A stretch of DNA of 64,000 bases, taken from assembly GCA_965207075.1 (NCBI GenBank), contig CBDBLO010000002.1, positions 1,376,001 through 1,440,000 on the forward strand, given 5' to 3'. Both the position numbers and the translations under genes were made by a program. Origin of the DNA: Nitrosopumilus sp. Its GTDB lineage: Archaea > Thermoproteota > Nitrososphaeria > Nitrososphaerales > Nitrosopumilaceae. Of the stretch, positions 59,642 through 64,000 are shown piece after piece. Below the pieces are notes generated by a model. The model was not told the origin of the DNA, did no database searches, and saw only the letters and a list, made by a program, of their open reading frames with translations. Each line of letters starts with the position of its first letter. Positions within the stretch are counted from its first letter, which is position 1.

Positions 59642-61203
59642 GTCTCGGTGTCACCGTCCTTTCGGGGCAGCCCGCTGGCCGCGGCCGTGCCGGGCTTGCC
59701 GCCAGGGGGAATCTGCCGGTCCGAGTCACTGCCGGTGTCGCGCGTCCGGCGCTCGGAGTCGTTGGTGTTTTCAGGACTCTGCACGTCCTGTGGTTTCCGG
59801 GAAGGCGCGGGGCGCGTGCCAGCGGCGGGTTGCGGCTGCGGTGGTCTCGACTGTCCCTGCTGCGACTGCTGCTGCTGCATACGTCTGGTATGCCTGTCGG
59901 GTCTGTGGCGCCTGCGCCTTTTTTTCTTGGCAGTAGCTTCAGGTGCGGCTGCCGCGCCACCAGGGGCCGTCTCCGCCCGTTTGGTCGCATCCTGCGGCGG
60001 ACGTGAGAGAGAACCGGACGATGCGTCTGGTGCATGCTGCACTACGGCAGCAGTATGCGCGTCCTTTGGACTGTCAGATGCCTGCGCGGGTTTTGGCGCT
60101 GACCCCGGTTGCATTGGCGGGGGGTTGGGGCCGCCAGGCCGCCCCGGCTTTGAGAGCCTGTGTCGGGGGCGCCTGCGGCGTCGTCTCGGGTTTTTGGCGT
60201 TCTGTGCTGAGGGGGGTACGTCGGGTCGATCAGGAGGACTTGGCGCGGAGTGGGAAGACGCTGTATCCGGTTTTGAGGGGGGCGGTTCGTTCTCCGGTTC
60301 TCGGTGAACCGGTCCTTCGGCAGGGCCGCCGGGTGGCGCAGTATCGCGCGAGCGTGACGGGGCTGGAGGCTGCGGCGCCTGATGCGGTGGTTGTGCCTGT
60401 ACGCCACGTGGCTGTTGCGGCGGTTGGTGCTGTGGCCTATGTTGTGTCGGCTGTGGCGTTTCTTGAACATCCTGCGGCTGCGGCTTGCCCCCATCGCCAG
60501 CCACAGTGGAAGAAGTAGGCGCTGCAGGGGCGTCACCCCCTCCCGGGTCCGAAGGTACGTTGTCCACACCTGTAGCGGGTGCCGAACCTGACGCGCTCCT
60601 CGAAGCGGCGCCAGAACCCGCGCGCCGCAGGCGCTGCAGCTCCAGTTCCGAGAGCCTCAGCCTCTTCTTTAGTGAGTGAATCTCGCGGTACACGTCGTCG
60701 ATCTCCTCCTTGCTTGGCAGGTTGGCCGACTGCAGCACTGTGTTGGATATGTTGTTCCAGTGCTTTACAATCTCGAGCTCCTTTGAGACCAGCTTGCCGT
60801 AGTTTGAGCCAAACTTTGGCGAGTCGAAGAGCTCGGTAAAGTCGTTGTCAAACATGTCAATCCAGACGCGCTTGAGCGCCTCGATCTGCTCCACGTCCTG
60901 CGGGATTTCCGGCATCTTCTGGTTGACCTTTTTTTGCGCCCCGCCCCAGGTGTCTGCAAGCTGTGAATAATACTCTGTCAGGTGTTTGCTGAACGTCACC
61001 ATGTCCTCACTCATCTCTATCATCTCATTTGTAATCTTCTTGGAGTTTGCCGCAAGCGCCCTCATGGGCCCAACTGATGCCAGTGCCCCGGGCTTGCTTG
61101 ACATCAGGTGCAGTATGTCGGTCCAGAACGTCGCAAGCTGTTTGTAGCGCTCAGATGCGTCCCGGAATTCTGAATCATCAACGGTCATGGCAGGGTTCAT
61201 CAT
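59638..61203 (-). CDS. phaE: Class III PHA synthase subunit E with ~330-aa disordered tail
   Basis: WID…F..LF.S..F…NLPSKEEIDDVYREIHSLKKRL; overlaps the phaC start. Confidence 0.85.
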   Translation of the reverse strand: MMNPAMTVDDSEFRDASERYKQLATFWTDILHLMSSKPGALASVGPMRALAANSKKITNEMIEMSEDMVTFSKHLTEYYSQLADTWGGAQKKVNQKMPEIPQDVEQIEALKRVWIDMFDNDFTELFDSPKFGSNYGKLVSKELEIVKHWNNISNTVLQSANLPSKEEIDDVYREIHSLKKRLRLSELELQRLRRAGSGAASRSASGSAPATGVDNVPSDPGGGDAPAAPTSSTVAGDGGKPQPQDVQETPQPTQHRPQHQPPQQPRGVQAQPPHQAPQPPAPSRSRDTAPPGGPAEGPVHREPENEPPPSKPDTASSHSAPSPPDRPDVPPSAQNAKNPRRRRRRPRHRLSKPGRPGGPNPPPMQPGSAPKPAQASDSPKDAHTAAVVQHAPDASSGSLSRPPQDATKRAETAPGGAAAAPEATAKKKRRRRHRPDRHTRRMQQQQSQQGQSRPPQPQPAAGTRPAPSRKPQDVQSPENTNDSERRTRDTGSDSDRQIPPGGKPGTAAASGLPRKDGDTET

Positions 61204-61748
61204 GATTTCAATAATAAATAGTTAGACAAAGGAAGGCGACAAGCCCCCAAGTCGGAATCGCTTGACGCAAGATAATTTGATCAATTAGCGTACAAAGACA
61301 GACCGCACCCTTGGAGCCGACCTCCCCTCCCCCCCTTCCCTCTCCCCCACGAACACACCAAGCCCTTGCGGATACCGTATTCGTGCATGCGCAGTCGCGC
61401 CATGATGAGGCCCAGACCGCCCGCGTATGGCGCGGTCAGATGCCACCAGAACTGCACGGCGGCGCCCACGCCCGATCCAAGGGCCAAACGGCCATAAAAG
61501 TAGGCGCCGCGAATTAAGGTACTGCTGCAAATTCATAACATGTGTATGGCGGTAGTTAGAAATTGAAAAGCTAACGAGGAATGCCCTGTTGCGAAAAATG
61601 TCGGAAATTGATGGACTTGGCGGTGCTCTGGATGATCACCATGTGTGAGTGCTGATAAGTCCTTAGCGCCCTGTATAGAATTTGTATATAAAGGTGGATT
61701 CTATATCGCGAATTCGCAGTACGCGAATTAAAAAGAGATTTTAATGGC

Positions 61749-62315
61749 ATGGGGAGAATCCCGCCCATGGAAGACCGCGACGACGGATCCCCGGTTTCAA
61801 AGGAGATCATCGTGCTCGAGGCCATACGAAATGGCATTACAAAGTTTGGCCGCATACAAAAGACGACAAGGCTGTCGCCCGAGGAGCTGAACTCCATACT
61901 CGAGAGGTTGGAGAGGCAGGGGGACATAACGGTAAGGGAGAAGAAAGGCTGGCTCGGCACCAAGATCGAGATGCACGTCACAAAGTCGGGTTCGGACAAG
62001 GTCGACGAGGGCGTACGGGAGATGCAGGCCAAGTGGGGCCAGATGCAGGCCATCTACAAGTCCGGTGACAAAGAAAAGATGAGGAGTTTCATGGATAGCA
62101 ACCGCTCCATACTCCCAATGATGCTCTTCTTTGGCGTCATAGACATTATGATGTTCAGCATGATGTTCAGCATGATTGGGATGCCCATGGCCTCGTACGT
62201 TCCGCCGGAAAGCATGCCGGAAGGCATGGACGACGGCGGTGCGGGCATGGACGACGGCGGCGGCGGTGCGGGCATGGACGACGGCGGCGGATTTGACTTT
62301 GACATTGGTTTCTAA
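61749..62315 (+). CDS. wHTH protein with Met-rich segment and (GMDDGG)x3 tail
   Basis: ELNSILERLE..G.I….KGWLG…TKSG wHTH; tail repeats ~62224-62290. Confidence 0.7.
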   Translation: MGRIPPMEDRDDGSPVSKEIIVLEAIRNGITKFGRIQKTTRLSPEELNSILERLERQGDITVREKKGWLGTKIEMHVTKSGSDKVDEGVREMQAKWGQMQAIYKSGDKEKMRSFMDSNRSILPMMLFFGVIDIMMFSMMFSMIGMPMASYVPPESMPEGMDDGGAGMDDGGGGAGMDDGGGFDFDIGF

Positions 62316-62320
62316 GAGCA

Positions 62321-63421
62321 ATGCCGGATAGCAAGAGGCGCAAAAACGACGACGGCTCATACGGCAGCCGCGCATACTACGACTCGGCGGATCGCAGGGG
62401 CCCCGCAAGGACGCTCCGGTTCCTAAAGGCGCACAGCACCGAATACCTCTCAGGCAGGGACCTTGGCGACGTGCTGGGCATCAGCAGGGTGGCGGTGTGG
62501 AAGCACATCAAAACGCTGCGGAGCCTGGGATACGACATAGAGTCGAGGCAGAAGGTCGGATACAGGCTGCGGGGTTCAAGCGGCGAGCCATACCCGTGGG
62601 AGATCACAGAGGGCATAGGAACCAGCACGGTGGGCAGGAGGGCATACTATTACGACGACGTGGGCACTGCAGGCTCCACCCAGGATGTCGCGGCGGCTTT
62701 GGCAGGGACGCCCGGAAGCGACGGGGCCGTCGTCATATCGGCCACGCAGTCCAACGCAAGGGGCAGGACAGGGAAGAGGTGGGCGTCCCCGCGCGGCGGC
62801 ATATGGATGTCCGTCGTGCTGCATCCGGACTGCAGGGCGTCGACCGCGTCCCTGCTGCCCATAGCGGCCGGCGTTGCAGTGGCGGAGTCCATAGAGGAGG
62901 CGTGCGGCATAAGGCCCGAGCTCAGGTGGCCCAACGACGTGACGATCCGGGGCAGGAAGGTGGCGGGGATAATAACAGAGGCCGAGATGGAGCTGGACCG
63001 CATACAGAACGTGCGTCTCGGGATAGGGATCAACTTTGACGTGGACGCAAAAGGCATAGAAGAAACGTTTGCAGGCGCGCCCGGTTTTTACGGCGCGGCG
63101 TCGCTCAAGCAAGAGGCTGAGTCGGCCGGCGCGCCGAGGACACCGTCCAAGGCGGAGCTGGTAAGAACAATGCTCCGCAGGCTCGACGTCGCGTACGGGA
63201 TGCTGCTTGGCGGGAGGGCCAAAGCCATAACGTCAGAGTGGGCCAAGAGATCGTCGACCATCGGCAGAAGGGTCAGCGCAACCGTTGACGGCCAAAAGGT
63301 CACCGGAACCGCCACCAGAATAAACGACGACGGCATGCTTGTGATCAGAACGGACGCCACGGGCAGGGGCGGCCGGAGGCAGGTCGAGCTCATGGCAGGA
63401 AGCCTGGAATACGCTGCATGA
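62321..63421 (+). CDS. birA: Bifunctional biotin ligase/repressor
   Basis: N-terminal HTH (LSG..LG..LGISRVAVWKHI), Q..ARGR.G.RW.SP.GG, WPND, KVAGI, GIGIN. Confidence 0.93.
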   Translation: MPDSKRRKNDDGSYGSRAYYDSADRRGPARTLRFLKAHSTEYLSGRDLGDVLGISRVAVWKHIKTLRSLGYDIESRQKVGYRLRGSSGEPYPWEITEGIGTSTVGRRAYYYDDVGTAGSTQDVAAALAGTPGSDGAVVISATQSNARGRTGKRWASPRGGIWMSVVLHPDCRASTASLLPIAAGVAVAESIEEACGIRPELRWPNDVTIRGRKVAGIITEAEMELDRIQNVRLGIGINFDVDAKGIEETFAGAPGFYGAASLKQEAESAGAPRTPSKAELVRTMLRRLDVAYGMLLGGRAKAITSEWAKRSSTIGRRVSATVDGQKVTGTATRINDDGMLVIRTDATGRGGRRQVELMAGSLEYAA

Positions 63422-63496
63422 GATTGGGTCATAGTGTGCCAGTTACGGCCGTCCTGTGCCGGCGTACGCGCACTCTTGCGCATGGCGCGTCGGGGG

Positions 63497-64000
63497 TCAG
63501 GTCCGTCTGGTGCGGGGCCTCCCCGCGGCCGCCGGCCTTGGACTGGTTGTCGTTCGCACCCTCTTTTTTGCAGGCGTCCTGCCGCGGGTCTTGCGCCCAC
63601 CAGCGGATGCTGCAGCAGTCTTTTTGCCGCCGCTGCCGCGGCCCTTGCTCCTTCCCTTGGCGGCCTTGGTAGTACGCGTGCGGGCAGGTGGTTTTCCGTC
63701 CTCAAGCAGCTCCGACTGCGCCCTTAGCACCTCCAAAAGTCCCGACTGCACGTCAAGCGCGTCCCCCACCACCGACTCGAGCATGCGCGCATACCGCGCA
63801 TAGTGCGACAGCAGCTCCGCGTATATCACGTCCCTAGCGGAGAGGTACTCGTTTGTACGCAGGGTATTCGTAGAGTCCACGACCTCCGCAAGCGGCGACG
63901 GCGGGGGGCCCATCTTGTCTAGGCGCGCCTGCAGATCGTCTATTGCCAGACGGATATCCTCGGCCCCGAGGCTGTCCTGCTCCGTCTCGCTTGCCAACAT
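63497..64000 (-). CDS. Hypothetical protein with basic tail (start at or beyond the window edge)
   Basis: Helical N-part, Lys/Arg-rich C-terminal tail. Confidence 0.55.
   Translation of the reverse strand: MLASETEQDSLGAEDIRLAIDDLQARLDKMGPPPSPLAEVVDSTNTLRTNEYLSARDVIYAELLSHYARYARMLESVVGDALDVQSGLLEVLRAQSELLEDGKPPARTRTTKAAKGRSKGRGSGGKKTAAASAGGRKTRGRTPAKKRVRTTTSPRPAAAGRPRTRRT

Noticed and set aside
58022-60307. 761-aa plus-strand ORF and similar long antisense ORFs (e.g. 7374-8510, 8668-9756, 45147-46418)
   Set aside because: Shadow frames of recognisable opposite-strand genes in GC-rich DNA; no motifs.

Overview
GC-rich archaeal chromosome segment. Its gene set (PEFG-CTERM protein, ESCRT-III/CdvB, phaEC, bioABDF+birA, type II GAPDH, rpl3-rpl6 cluster lacking rpl2) points to Nitrososphaerota (Thaumarchaeota), probably a Cenarchaeum-like Nitrosopumilaceae. 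A sponge-symbiont lifestyle is an inference. Core content: psmA, thiol-redox genes, biotin synthesis, HMG-CoA synthase, a 16-gene ribosomal protein cluster, tRNA-Asn, purC, nreA, phaEC and birA. Accessory patches: a type IV toxin-antitoxin-like pair with a dead toxin beside a transposase relic, a 1299-aa secreted protein made of ten tandem Cache domains, a PEFG-CTERM + FTR1 iron-uptake pair, an orphan double-domain substrate-binding protein, three paralogous small membrane proteins, two copies of a 28-bp palindrome and a Fic protein. The most interesting signal is that two unrelated secreted proteins (1299 and 803 aa) both end in [V/I]-C-R-stop. In each, that penultimate Cys is the only Cys in the mature chain, suggesting an undescribed C-terminal surface-anchoring signal. 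Also notable are pervasive low-complexity extensions in housekeeping proteins and a ~330-aa basic disordered tail on PhaE. All family calls come from motif recognition by eye; no database searches were run.
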